A stretch of DNA of 34,847 nucleotides from a virus (lineage: Duplodnaviria; Caudoviricetes). Of the stretch, positions 14,941 through 24,677 are shown piece by piece. The stretch spans positions 1-34,847 of the IMG/VR virus record IMGVR_UViG_3300025398_000053; one strand, 5' to 3'. Within the stretch, counting starts at the first letter, position 1; the number at the start of each line of letters is the position of its first letter. Made by a program: the position numbers and the translations under genes. A model generated the notes under the pieces. The model saw nothing but the letters and a program-made list of their open reading frames with translations. It made no database searches and was not told where the DNA came from.

Positions 14941-16179
14941 ATGGCAAATAATTTGCTAACTATTTCTAAGATCACTAACGAAGCGTTAATGGTCTTGGAG
15001 AACGAATTAACATTTACTTCTGAAGTAGATCGTAACTACGATGACCAGTTCGCTGTAGTCGGTGGCAAGATCGGTAACACAGTAAACGTACGTAGACCAG
15101 GTCGTTTTATCGGTACAACTGGCCCAGCTCTGAACGTTGAAGATTTCAACGAAACTTCAGTTCCTGTAACCCTCAGCACTCAGTTCCACGTTGATACTCA
15201 ATTCACCACGCAAGATTTGGCATTGAGCCTCGATATGTTCTCTGATCGTGTATTGAAGCCTGCTGTAGCTGCTATTGCTAACAAGATTGATCGTGATGGT
15301 TGCACACAAGCTGCTAACAACACAGCCAATATCGTTGGTGTAGCTGGTACGCCTCCAACTGGTTTGATTACTTACCTGACTGCTGCTGCTTACCTTGATT
15401 CTGAAGGCGCACCACGTGATGGCCGTCGTTCTTGCACAGTTGAACCATTTACCTCAGCTACTATCGTTGACAGCTTAAAAGGCCTATTTGTGCCACAAGA
15501 AGCTATTGGCGAGCAGTATCGTAAAGGTTTGATGGGTCGTGACTCTGCTGGTATGAATTGGAAGATGGATCAAAACATCGTTTCACATCAGTTTGGTAGC
15601 TTCTCTGGTTCTGCAACTGTTAACACAACTACCGCTACTGGTTTCTTGACATCTGGTTGGGCTTCTTCAAGCACCATCACTTTGACTTTGACCAATGGCG
15701 TGAGTTTGTTACAAGGTGACACATTCACCATCGCTGGTGTATATGCTGTTAACCCACAGAATCGTCAGGCTTATGGTTCAAACAAGCTGCGTAACTTTGT
15801 TGTTAATACTGCTGTTAGCGGTTCAGGTGGTACTATTTCTGTAAACGTAAGCCCAGCTATCATTACTGCTGGTCAGTTCCAGAACGTATCTATCCCTTCA
15901 ACTAGCTCTACTGCTGCTGTTAGCTTCTTTAACCAGTCTGGTACAGTTTCCCCACAAAACATCATCATGCACCGCAATGCGTTTACTCTCGCAGTAGCCG
16001 ACCTTGAGTTGCCAGAGGGTGTTCACTTTGCAGGTCGTGCAAGCGACAAGGAAATCGGTCTGTCAATGCGTGTAGTTCGTCAATACACCATTAACAATGA
16101 CTCTATTCCTACTCGTTTAGACGTTCTGTATGGTTGGGCAAATTTGTATCCTGAACTCGCTTGCCGTGTTGCAGCTTAA
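14941..16179 (+). CDS. major capsid protein, P22 coat (gp5) family
   Basis: MANNLLT...KIGNTVNVRRP...RLDVLYG...PE, with a strong SD. Confidence 0.92.
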   Translation: MANNLLTISKITNEALMVLENELTFTSEVDRNYDDQFAVVGGKIGNTVNVRRPGRFIGTTGPALNVEDFNETSVPVTLSTQFHVDTQFTTQDLALSLDMFSDRVLKPAVAAIANKIDRDGCTQAANNTANIVGVAGTPPTGLITYLTAAAYLDSEGAPRDGRRSCTVEPFTSATIVDSLKGLFVPQEAIGEQYRKGLMGRDSAGMNWKMDQNIVSHQFGSFSGSATVNTTTATGFLTSGWASSSTITLTLTNGVSLLQGDTFTIAGVYAVNPQNRQAYGSNKLRNFVVNTAVSGSGGTISVNVSPAIITAGQFQNVSIPSTSSTAAVSFFNQSGTVSPQNIIMHRNAFTLAVADLELPEGVHFAGRASDKEIGLSMRVVRQYTINNDSIPTRLDVLYGWANLYPELACRVAA

Positions 16180-16206
16180 TTTAACTTAATTTAAAGGAAA
16201 ATAATC

Positions 16207-16485
16207 ATGGCAAATCCAGGCCCATCAACCACAGTAACAGCACACTATTTATTTAATGGTGACTCTACTGATGGCGTTTATATCGCAGCAAATAGCCCTT
16301 TGGCTTTCTTTGGCGCAACTCCAGTAACACAACCTACAGCCGTAGCTAACACAACTACTACTGCTGCTGGTTCTACAACTGCTGTTTATACCAATACCAC
16401 CTTCCCAGGTGCATCAGGAAGCACAGCCTACACAATCGGTGACATCGTTACCGCATTGAAATCCTTAGGTCTATTGAAGTCGTAA
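16207..16485 (+). CDS. virion structural protein, possibly capsid decoration
   Basis: LAFFGATPVTQP...ALKSLGL; shares its translation-initiation region with the coat gene. Confidence 0.7.
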   Translation: MANPGPSTTVTAHYLFNGDSTDGVYIAANSPLAFFGATPVTQPTAVANTTTTAAGSTTAVYTNTTFPGASGSTAYTIGDIVTALKSLGLLKS

Positions 16486-16501
16486 TATCGTAGTAATATG
16501 A

Positions 16502-16537
16502 GAAAACCCGCCCCTAAAAAGGTGGGTTTTTTCTTTT
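16502..16537 (+). terminator. intrinsic terminator after the head genes
   Basis: AAAACCCGCC-loop-GGTGGGTTTT followed by a T-rich run. Confidence 0.85.
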
Positions 16538-16594
16538 GTTTTCTTATATAATCGTTGTAGAATTACCACACTACCCCTTTGCAAAGGAAAATTT

Positions 16595-16921
16595 ATGCCA
16601 TCAACAACAATCGCTCGTGGAAATGCAATTTCTACGTTCTATATCGCCCCATCTATCACTCCAGCTCAAGTAGCAGCTTCTACTACTGCTGTGCAGACAT
16701 TTAATGTCTCAGGTCTATTGACTACCGACTTTATCTCCACAGGTGGTTATATTGCCAATCAAACAGCCGGTATCTTTATTGCTGAAACTGATTGCTTAAC
16801 CAATGGCGTTTTGACCATTCAGTTTGGTAACTGCTCAACCAGCGCAGCAACTCCTGCTGCTGGCGTATATGAGTTCCAAATCGTTCGTTTTGAAGGCCCA
16901 GCACCTGTTAACGCTGGTTAA
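16595..16921 (+). CDS. putative structural protein
   Basis: Thr/Ala-rich, beta-type composition, AAAGGA SD. Confidence 0.7.
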   Translation: MPSTTIARGNAISTFYIAPSITPAQVAASTTAVQTFNVSGLLTTDFISTGGYIANQTAGIFIAETDCLTNGVLTIQFGNCSTSAATPAAGVYEFQIVRFEGPAPVNAG

Positions 16922-16930
16922 GGATAAATT

Positions 16931-17284
16931 ATGGCTAACGTATCAGCGTATCGTTTTGTAGGCCCTACAACGGCTATTAGCGTTAGTGGCACTTCTTCTA
17001 CTTCTGTAACGATTACCCCTAACGGGAACGATCAAGCAAACTTTTGTGGCTTTTTAAATACTGGTTCTAGTCCTGTTGCTATTACGATTACTCCTGCCGT
17101 TGCAGGAACATCGACAACAGCACCAGCAGCCGTATTGCCATCAGGCGGGTCAAGCAGTCAGAGCTTTGTGTTGGGTGTAGCAATGTCCCAACCTACAGTT
17201 TTGGCAGTACCTCCAAGTTTTGCAATTACAGCGATTGGAACGAGTGGCACACTATATGTGTTGCCAATGGTTGACCAAAACTAA
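16931..17284 (+). CDS. putative structural protein
   Basis: Ser/Thr-rich, AAGGA SD. Confidence 0.7.
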   Translation: MANVSAYRFVGPTTAISVSGTSSTSVTITPNGNDQANFCGFLNTGSSPVAITITPAVAGTSTTAPAAVLPSGGSSSQSFVLGVAMSQPTVLAVPPSFAITAIGTSGTLYVLPMVDQN

Positions 17285-17296
17285 TAAAGGCCAATT

Positions 17297-20200
17297 ATGG
17301 CTGTCAATGATTCTGTAACGCAGAATTTACTGCCTGTTCAGGCTTATTTTGACCTACAAGGGAATTTTCAAACCTTTATAGGTCAGAATCAGCCTTTTTA
17401 CGCTACTGTAAACCCTGTTCAATCAGGGTTAACCATTACCAACAGCACGATTGATAGCTCAATTATCGGTGGAACTACCCCTGCTGCTGGCACTTTTACT
17501 AGCATTACAACCACTACAGGCACAATTTCTACTAGCCCTAGTGGAAATACCGATATTACTAATAAACTGTATGTAGATACAGTCGCTCAAGGTCTTGGCC
17601 CAAAGCAAGCCTGTCAATGTGGCACATTAGCCAATATAACGCTCTCAGGGCTTCAAACGATTGATGGGTACACTACCCTAGCTGGTGATCGTGTTCTCGT
17701 TAAGAATCAGACTACACAGGCTAATAATGGCATTTATATTGCATCCGCAGGCGCATGGAGTCGTTCTGCCGATATGGATGTATGGTCAGAGGTTTCAGGT
17801 GCTTATACAGTCGTTTTAAATGGTTCTCAAGCTGAAACAGGTTGGGTATGTACCTCGCCCACAACAGGCACTATTGGCGTTACTGCAATTACTTGGGTGC
17901 AGTTCTCTACTGTAAACACTTATTATGCTGGCACAGGGTTAACCCTCAGTAGCAATACATTTAGCATTACCAATACAGGTGTTTCAGCTTCTACTTATGG
18001 CTCTGCTAGCGCAGTACCTGTCTTAACAACAAACGCTCAAGGTCAAGTTACTAGCGTTACAAACACTTCTATTGCGATTGCCAATACTCAAGTTAGCGGT
18101 CTTGGCACAATGTCAACGCAAAATGCAAATAGCGTAGCAATTACAGGAGGGTCAATCAATGGCACTACTATTGGCGGTTCTTCTGCTGCCGCAATTACTG
18201 GTACTACTATTACTGCTACTTCTTCTTTTAGTGGATCAGGTAGCGGGCTTACCGGGACAGCATCAGGACTGAGCATTGGTGGAAATGCTGCGACTGCAAC
18301 ATACGCTACAACCGCAGGATCGGCTTCTACCGCTACAACCGCTACGACTGCTACAAACCTAGCGGGGGGTTCTGCTGGAGCGTTGCCTTATCAAACATCA
18401 AGCGGTTCTACGACTTTCTTATCGGCAGGCTCAAATGGGCAATATTTAACCCTTTCTAGCGGTGTTCCTGTTTGGACTTCATTACCTTCAAATGTCAGCT
18501 CATTTAGCGCAGGAACAACAGGATTTACCCCATCTACAAGCACAACAGGCGCAGTTACCTTATCTGGCACATTAAATGTAGCCAATGGTGGCACAGGCGT
18601 AACAAGCTCAAGCGGTGCAAATAGCGTTGTTTTGCGTGATGCCAACGGAAATATTACGACTAACTGTTTATTTGAAGGTTTTACTAGCCAAGCCGCAAGT
18701 GGCACAACAATTACATTAACTGCTGCATCGCCACAAAATTTATTAATTACAGGTTCAGGCGGTCAAACAATTAAACTGCCTAATGCAACCACTTTGCCTA
18801 GTGGCGCAACATTTGCTTTTAATAACAATCAATCATCAGGCGCAATTACTGTAATAAATAATTCATCTACCACGATTGCAACGATTCAAGCTGGTGGATA
18901 CGTAACGATTGTATTGCTTGATAATTCACTTGCAGCAGGCACTTGGGATCGTCATGATTCCACTCCTTCTAATGTATCTTGGTCAACTAACACATTAGAT
19001 TATCCTGGCTCAATCACTTCTGCGACATGGAATGGCTCAACTATTGCCTACAATAGAGGCGGTACAGGTCAATCATCAGCTTTTGTAGCGGGTGGAATTG
19101 CCTATGGAGCATCAACCACAGCTTTAGCAATCAGCGCAGCAGGAACAACAGGTCAAGTATTAACATCAGGTGGCACAGGCGCACCTACATGGTCAACCCC
19201 AACCGCTTATGCGACTGTAACCGATGACACCACTACAAATGGCACTCGTTATCCTTTGTTTGCAAACCAAACAAGCGGAAACTTGGCAACAGAATATACA
19301 AGCTCTACTAAACTGCAATATAACCCTTCTACTGGGGTATTTACTGCTACCAGCTTTAGTGGCGCAGGAACAGGTTTAACAGGGACAGCTTCTAGTCTTT
19401 CGATTGGCGGTAACGCAGCGACAGCAACAAGCGCAACATCAGCGACAACTTCAACAAATCTAGCTGGTGGCTTAGCAGGATACTTGCCTTATCAATCTGC
19501 CGTAAATACAACGACTTTCCTCGCCCCTGGCACAAACGGCTATATCCTGACTTTATCAAGCGGATTACCAACATGGGCTGCTGCTCCTGCAACTGGGGTT
19601 ACGATTACAGACGATACAAGCTCTGCTACTGCGTATTATCCCCTATTTGCAAGGGTTACAAGCGGTACAGCAACGACTGAATACACTAGCTCCACTAAGC
19701 TCAATTACACGCCAAGCACAGGTCTTTTGGCTGCTACATCATTTAGCGGTGCTGGTACAGGATTGACAGGAACTGCTTCAAGCCTATCTATTGGTGGCAA
19801 TGCAGCAACAGCGACTTCTGCTACTACAGCTACTAATATTGCTGGTGGCACAAACTTACAAATTCCATATCAAACAGGTGCTGGTGCAACATCATTTATT
19901 ACTGCACCGACCATTGCAAGCACATATCTGCAATATAACGGCACAGGATTTGTATGGGCTACGGCAGCTAGTGGTGGTGTAACTTCTGTTCTCGGAACTG
20001 CGCCTATTAACGTATCTACCACTTTAGGCGTTGCTACTGTCAGCATTACTCAAGCAACTACATCAACTAATGGTTATTTAAGTTCTACGGATTGGAATAC
20101 ATTTAACAATAAACAGCCTGCTGGAACATATATTAATTCCGTTTCAGGCACAACTAATCAGATTACTGCTTCTACTACTACAGGTGCGGTTACTCTTAGT

Positions 20201-21091
20201 TTGCCAACTAGCATAACAACTGGTCAATATATTGCCAATCAATCCATTTCAGGGTCAGCAACTCAAGGTGCTTTTGCTTATGGAACTTTAAATGCTTCTG
20301 ATACTGGAATATTTGCTTCTTACCAAACTTCTATTGCTGGCTATGCCTACATGGCATTGCAAAATACTAGCAGTAATGCCACCGCTACTACGGATATTGC
20401 CTTATATAACGATACTGCTTCCTTAGGCAAATATATTGATATTGGTATTAATTCAAGCGCATTTACAGGAACAGGCAACTTTAGCCTTGCAAATGCTGGT
20501 TATATTTATACAAATGGCGGTGATTTAGCACTCGGAACTTACAGCGCTAATGGTATTCATTTTATTGTAAATAATGGCGCTTCTGATGCCATGACTATTA
20601 GTTCTACTGGTGTTGTTTCATTGGGAACAGCGCTTGCAGTTGGTTCTGGTGGTACAGGTTCGACAACTTTAACTGCCAATAACGTGCTTTTAGGCAATGG
20701 AACTTCTGCTTTACAAGTAGTTGCTCCTGGCACATCAGGTAATGTCTTGACCTCTAACGGCACGACTTGGGTATCTTCTGCGCCTGGTGCAAGCGGTGCA
20801 ACAGTTACTTCTACGACCTCGACTGGGCCATATTACATAGTCGGATCATCTGCGACAAGTGGCTCATTATCGACAGCTTATGTAAATACAGGTATTAGTT
20901 ACAATGCTTCAACAGGCGATACAACTACACCGCAAGTTGTTGCCAGCAATGGTATTTTTGTTAATAACTTAACTGTAGGTGCAACTTACTCAATACCAAG
21001 CGGTTATAGCGCACATTCTGTTGGCCCTGTAACAGTCGCATCAGGTAGATCAGTAACAGTTCCTAGCGGTAGTCGCTGGGTAATTTTGTAA
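17297..21091 (+). CDS. long Ser/Thr/Gly-rich fibre protein with internal repeats
   Basis: TNKLYVD, LSGLQTIDG...GDRVLVKNQ...NGIY fibre motifs and repeated VANGGTG-type units; very few charged residues. Confidence 0.8.
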   Translation: MAVNDSVTQNLLPVQAYFDLQGNFQTFIGQNQPFYATVNPVQSGLTITNSTIDSSIIGGTTPAAGTFTSITTTTGTISTSPSGNTDITNKLYVDTVAQGLGPKQACQCGTLANITLSGLQTIDGYTTLAGDRVLVKNQTTQANNGIYIASAGAWSRSADMDVWSEVSGAYTVVLNGSQAETGWVCTSPTTGTIGVTAITWVQFSTVNTYYAGTGLTLSSNTFSITNTGVSASTYGSASAVPVLTTNAQGQVTSVTNTSIAIANTQVSGLGTMSTQNANSVAITGGSINGTTIGGSSAAAITGTTITATSSFSGSGSGLTGTASGLSIGGNAATATYATTAGSASTATTATTATNLAGGSAGALPYQTSSGSTTFLSAGSNGQYLTLSSGVPVWTSLPSNVSSFSAGTTGFTPSTSTTGAVTLSGTLNVANGGTGVTSSSGANSVVLRDANGNITTNCLFEGFTSQAASGTTITLTAASPQNLLITGSGGQTIKLPNATTLPSGATFAFNNNQSSGAITVINNSSTTIATIQAGGYVTIVLLDNSLAAGTWDRHDSTPSNVSWSTNTLDYPGSITSATWNGSTIAYNRGGTGQSSAFVAGGIAYGASTTALAISAAGTTGQVLTSGGTGAPTWSTPTAYATVTDDTTTNGTRYPLFANQTSGNLATEYTSSTKLQYNPSTGVFTATSFSGAGTGLTGTASSLSIGGNAATATSATSATTSTNLAGGLAGYLPYQSAVNTTTFLAPGTNGYILTLSSGLPTWAAAPATGVTITDDTSSATAYYPLFARVTSGTATTEYTSSTKLNYTPSTGLLAATSFSGAGTGLTGTASSLSIGGNAATATSATTATNIAGGTNLQIPYQTGAGATSFITAPTIASTYLQYNGTGFVWATAASGGVTSVLGTAPINVSTTLGVATVSITQATTSTNGYLSSTDWNTFNNKQPAGTYINSVSGTTNQITASTTTGAVTLSLPTSITTGQYIANQSISGSATQGAFAYGTLNASDTGIFASYQTSIAGYAYMALQNTSSNATATTDIALYNDTASLGKYIDIGINSSAFTGTGNFSLANAGYIYTNGGDLALGTYSANGIHFIVNNGASDAMTISSTGVVSLGTALAVGSGGTGSTTLTANNVLLGNGTSALQVVAPGTSGNVLTSNGTTWVSSAPGASGATVTSTTSTGPYYIVGSSATSGSLSTAYVNTGISYNASTGDTTTPQVVASNGIFVNNLTVGATYSIPSGYSAHSVGPVTVASGRSVTVPSGSRWVIL
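19214..19975 (+). repeat. about two tandem ~130-codon repeat units in the fibre gene (a partial third copy near 18220-18480)
   Basis: TDDT...YPLFA..TSG...TEYTSSTKL.Y.PSTG...ATSFSGAGTGLTGTASSLSIGGNAATATSAT occurs twice. Boundaries are approximate. Confidence 0.75.
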
Positions 21092-21100
21092 GGATAAACA

Positions 21101-21514
21101 ATGAGTTCAATGGTTCTTTCAGGCGATACAAGCGGTACAGTTACAGTTACAGTTCCAGCCGTAGCTGGTACAAATACAGTTACGATTCCTGCATCTACTG
21201 GGACAGTTTTAACTACATCAACTACTGGTGTATGTCAGGCTTGGTGTAATTATAATGGCTCTACACAAACTATTCGTGCTTCTTATAATATAAGTTCAGT
21301 TACTAGAAATGGTGCTGGAGACTATTCTTTTAATTTTACTAATGCTATGACAGACGCAAACTATAGTTGGTCTGTAAGCGGTCAATATGCAAGCAATCTT
21401 ATGGCAGTAAATAATACCGCAGTTTCTTCATCTTCTATTAGATTTATAACAGGTTGGACTGGGCTTCAATCGCCAACAGATTACAATTATGTAACATTGG
21501 CAATATTTCGTTAA
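21101..21514 (+). CDS. short fibre/adhesin subunit
   Basis: LSGDTSG.VT...PAVAG N-terminus, then AWCNYNG...IRASYNISSVT..G.GDY..NF..AM.DANY tip domain. Confidence 0.7.
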   Translation: MSSMVLSGDTSGTVTVTVPAVAGTNTVTIPASTGTVLTTSTTGVCQAWCNYNGSTQTIRASYNISSVTRNGAGDYSFNFTNAMTDANYSWSVSGQYASNLMAVNNTAVSSSSIRFITGWTGLQSPTDYNYVTLAIFR

Positions 21515-21528
21515 TTAAAGGTTAAATA

Positions 21529-21843
21529 ATGGCACAAGTAATTATTTACGCACAAAATGGTCAAGTAGCTGTTTGCATACCAACAGGTGAATTACCTATT
21601 GAACAAGTATTAATTAAAGATTGTCCTACTGGCGCAATTATTGTTGATGATAGCGAACTTCCTAAAGATAACTTTGATGCTTGGGAATTAGTAAATGGCA
21701 AAGTCGTGATTAATGAAACTAAAAAACAAGCCATTATTGATGCACAACAAGCACCAATTATTGCCAAAGAATCTGCAATAGCTAAATTATCAGCCATTGG
21801 CTTAACTGCCGATGAAATTAAAGCATTAACAGGATTAGCATAA
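21529..21843 (+). CDS. putative fibre assembly chaperone
   Basis: Small acidic protein after a fibre gene; IVDDSELP....DAW and C-terminal AKLSAIGLTADEIKAL. Confidence 0.6.
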   Translation: MAQVIIYAQNGQVAVCIPTGELPIEQVLIKDCPTGAIIVDDSELPKDNFDAWELVNGKVVINETKKQAIIDAQQAPIIAKESAIAKLSAIGLTADEIKALTGLA

Positions 21844-22844
21844 TGGCATACGGAACAGTCAATGCTGATGTAATCGGCACAAGTGTAGCTGGCTCTAATC
21901 TAGGAGCTGGTAATGCTTCTATTATGAAGAACCGCATTATTAATGGTGCGATGGTTATTGACCAAAGAAATAATGGTAGTAGTGTTACACCAACAGTAGA
22001 CAATACTTATACACTTGATAGATGGTCTACAGGTCTTTCACAAGCATCTAAATTTAGCGTACAGCAAAATGCTGGTTCAGTTACGCCACCAATAGGGTTT
22101 AGTAATTATCTAGGAGTAACATCTTTAGCGGCAACATCATTAGGTGCTGGCGATTATTTTCTTTTAAAGTACACGATTGAAGGTTTTAATACATCTGACC
22201 TACAATTTGGAACGGCAAATGCTAAAACTATAACTTTGTCGTTTCAAGTGTATTCAAGCCTGACTGGAACTTTTGGAGGCGCATTACAAAATGGCGCACA
22301 AAATAGAAGTTATCCATTTAGTTATTCAATTCCTGTGGCAAACACATGGACAACCATTTCAGTAACGATTGCTGGCGATACATCAGGAACTTGGGTAGGG
22401 GCAACAAACGGAAAAGGTTTAAGCGTTTGGTATGGTCTTGGAACTGGCTCTACTTATAGCGGGACTGCTGGAGCATGGGCAACTGGAACATACTTTGCAC
22501 CCACAGGCGCAACATCCGTAGTAGGAACAAACGGAGCAACCTTCTACATTACAGGCGTTCAACTAGAAGTAGGAAGCATTGCTACTGGATTTGAGTATCG
22601 TCAGTATGGGCAAGAGTTAGCTTTGTGTCAGCGTTATTATGAAAATATGGGTTCTTGTTATATCGCAAATAGTTCAAATAACTATGGCTCTTTAATATAT
22701 AAAGTATCAAAAAGAGCAACACCAACAATAACATCATCTTCTTCAGGATTTGCGTCACAGGGTTCAATTACAACAGAAGGAGCTTGGTGGGTTTATACAA
22801 CTTCTCAAGGCAACTCAACAATTACTGTAAGTGCGGAACTTTAA
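21843..22844 (+). CDS. fibre/adhesin with carbohydrate-binding-like beta domain
   Basis: KNRIINGAM.IDQR, YTLDRW, ITGVQLEVGS.AT.FE.R....ELALCQRYY. Confidence 0.75.
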   Translation: MAYGTVNADVIGTSVAGSNLGAGNASIMKNRIINGAMVIDQRNNGSSVTPTVDNTYTLDRWSTGLSQASKFSVQQNAGSVTPPIGFSNYLGVTSLAATSLGAGDYFLLKYTIEGFNTSDLQFGTANAKTITLSFQVYSSLTGTFGGALQNGAQNRSYPFSYSIPVANTWTTISVTIAGDTSGTWVGATNGKGLSVWYGLGTGSTYSGTAGAWATGTYFAPTGATSVVGTNGATFYITGVQLEVGSIATGFEYRQYGQELALCQRYYENMGSCYIANSSNNYGSLIYKVSKRATPTITSSSSGFASQGSITTEGAWWVYTTSQGNSTITVSAEL

Positions 22845-22845
22845 A

Positions 22846-23007
22846 ATGTATAAACAATGTCTAAATAAAGATTCAACAATAAACACAAATGTAATTTTGC
22901 GTATTGCAGATAATGCGGTAATTCCTATGGATGAAGCCAACACAGACTACCAAGCCTTTTTGTTGTGGAAGTCCGAAGGTAACGAACCTTTGCCAGCAGA
23001 CGAATAA
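22846..23007 (+). CDS. 53-aa putative fibre chaperone
   Basis: Not in the ORF track. MYKQ...IPMDEANTDYQAFLLWKSEGNEPLPADE*. Confidence 0.75.
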   Translation: MYKQCLNKDSTINTNVILRIADNAVIPMDEANTDYQAFLLWKSEGNEPLPADE

Positions 23008-23627
23008 TGGGTAAACCACTTAACAACCTTCAAGGTTTTCAATTTGGTTCTTTGACTGTATTACAGTTAGGGAAGTCAAACGGCAATGGTGCGATTTGGC
23101 TATGCCAATGCAAGTGCGGAACTCAAAAAGAGATTCGTGCTTCCGATATGGTTGAAGGTAAAGTTAATTCTTGTGGTTGTGAACATCGTCAAAGAATCGC
23201 CAAAGCTAATGTAACTCATGGCATGAAGCACACAAGAACTTATAGGTTATGGGGTGCAATGAAAAGCCGTTGCAATCGCATCAATCAAGATTATTCTTGT
23301 CGTGGCATTACTTATGATGAAAGCTGGGAATCTTTTGAGAACTTTTTAGCTGATATGGGCGAAGTACCTTATGGATTAAGTCTTGACCGCATAAACCCTA
23401 ATGGCAATTATGAGAAATCAAACTGCCGTTGGGCCACACAAGAACAACAGGCAAACAATAAGCGTTCTAGCATATTCATTGAATATAATGGTAAAAAACA
23501 AACTGTGTCCCAATGGGCAAAGGAATTAAATATGAATCATCACACATTAAGAGGTCGGCTAAAGAAGGGTTTATCGGCTGAACAGGTTTTAACACCATTA
23601 CCAGCCGATGAGGTTAAAGCATCATGA
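23007..23627 (+). CDS. free-standing HNH homing endonuclease
   Basis: FGSLTV, WLCQCKCG, SCGC, W.AMKSRC, SLDRINPNGNYEKSNCRWAT and a C-terminal HTH-like segment. Confidence 0.85.
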   Translation: MGKPLNNLQGFQFGSLTVLQLGKSNGNGAIWLCQCKCGTQKEIRASDMVEGKVNSCGCEHRQRIAKANVTHGMKHTRTYRLWGAMKSRCNRINQDYSCRGITYDESWESFENFLADMGEVPYGLSLDRINPNGNYEKSNCRWATQEQQANNKRSSIFIEYNGKKQTVSQWAKELNMNHHTLRGRLKKGLSAEQVLTPLPADEVKAS

Positions 23628-24112
23628 CATTTATAATTGATGGAACAGCAGGGGCTACATTCCCTAATGGTACTAATCCACAAGCTGCACCTAGTAAAGT
23701 GTTGCAAGTGGTTCAGGGAACTTACAATTTATCTTCATCAACTACTGGTACAAGTTATGTGGCAAGTGGTCTAACTGCATCAATTACACCATTATTTTCT
23801 ACAAGTAAAATTTTAATAATTACATCAAGTTCAATTACAAATTCTTCTGCTGGTTCAGGCGGAACAAATTTAACTATTTATAGAAACTCTACAAATCTTG
23901 GTGGTGGTACGGCAACAGCTTTAGCTGATTATCTTGTTAATAGTGGCACATCTTCTTTATGGGTTCCTTGTAGCATAATTTATTTAGATTCTCCTACTAC
24001 AACATCTTCTACAACTTACACTTTATATTATTCAGTTTCAGGGGCTGGTACGGCTTATGCAACAATAAATCAAACTTTATCTACAATAACTTTAATGGAG
24101 ATTGCACAATGA
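23624..24112 (+). CDS. short fibre/adhesin subunit
   Basis: KVLQVVQ...GLTASITP..STSKIL...YLDSP.TTSSTTY...ITLMEIA. Confidence 0.7.
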   Translation: MTFIIDGTAGATFPNGTNPQAAPSKVLQVVQGTYNLSSSTTGTSYVASGLTASITPLFSTSKILIITSSSITNSSAGSGGTNLTIYRNSTNLGGGTATALADYLVNSGTSSLWVPCSIIYLDSPTTTSSTTYTLYYSVSGAGTAYATINQTLSTITLMEIAQ

Positions 24113-24357
24113 TTGATATTCATGACGCAATTTATGCACTTAATCCATCCATTGTTACTATTCGTGGCGATGTAGCTTATGACAAAGATGAGAAAGAAGT
24201 CGCTTATGATATGGCGCAAGCAAAAGCTAAATTGGTAGAACTACAAGCAGCCGAAACAAAAGCAGAACAAGATGCCATAGCTGCAAAGGCTTCTGCACTA
24301 GCTAAACTAACAGCATTAGGACTAACTCAAGCTGAAGTAACAGCATTAATAGGATAA
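24109..24357 (+). CDS. putative fibre assembly chaperone
   Basis: DAIYALNP N-terminus; C-terminus is similar to that of 21529-21843. Confidence 0.6.
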   Translation: MIDIHDAIYALNPSIVTIRGDVAYDKDEKEVAYDMAQAKAKLVELQAAETKAEQDAIAAKASALAKLTALGLTQAEVTALIG

Positions 24358-24359
24358 AT

Positions 24360-24674
24360 ATGAACTATCAATGGAAAATATTAGAAGTTTTTGCTCAAGA
24401 TGAAGTGATTACAGGAGCAAGATATCACCTAATCGGTACAGAAGATGACCTATCAGTAGAAACTGAAGGTAATTGGTATTTTGATTGCCCTACTGCAAAA
24501 GTGCCATTTTTAGAAGTTACTGAAGAAATGATTATTGGCTGGATCGAAGCTGATGCCGTTAAAGATGGTGACAACCATATTAAAAAGGGTGTCGAAAATC
24601 AGATAAAAGCGTTAAAATCACATAAACCTGTACCAGCACCCTGGATGCCACAAGTATTCAAACCTGAGATTTAA
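24360..24674 (+). CDS. hypothetical protein (tail-associated)
   Basis: 104 aa ORF with YQWKI, PFLEVTEE.IIGWI and PW; AGGA SD. Confidence 0.7.
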   Translation: MNYQWKILEVFAQDEVITGARYHLIGTEDDLSVETEGNWYFDCPTAKVPFLEVTEEMIIGWIEADAVKDGDNHIKKGVENQIKALKSHKPVPAPWMPQVFKPEI

Positions 24675-24677
24675 GCC

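Noticed and set aside
18220-19975. CRISPR-like array
   Set aside because: The repeats are in-frame protein repeats with diverged DNA, not identical repeats separated by unique spacers.
23007-23627. Group I intron or intein around the HNH
   Set aside because: There is no non-coding flank for a ribozyme core, the flanking genes are complete, and no intein terminal motifs are seen.
17297-24112. Diversity-generating retroelement or invertible fibre switch
   Set aside because: No reverse transcriptase or invertase is present, and the repeats differ at synonymous positions rather than specifically at adenines.
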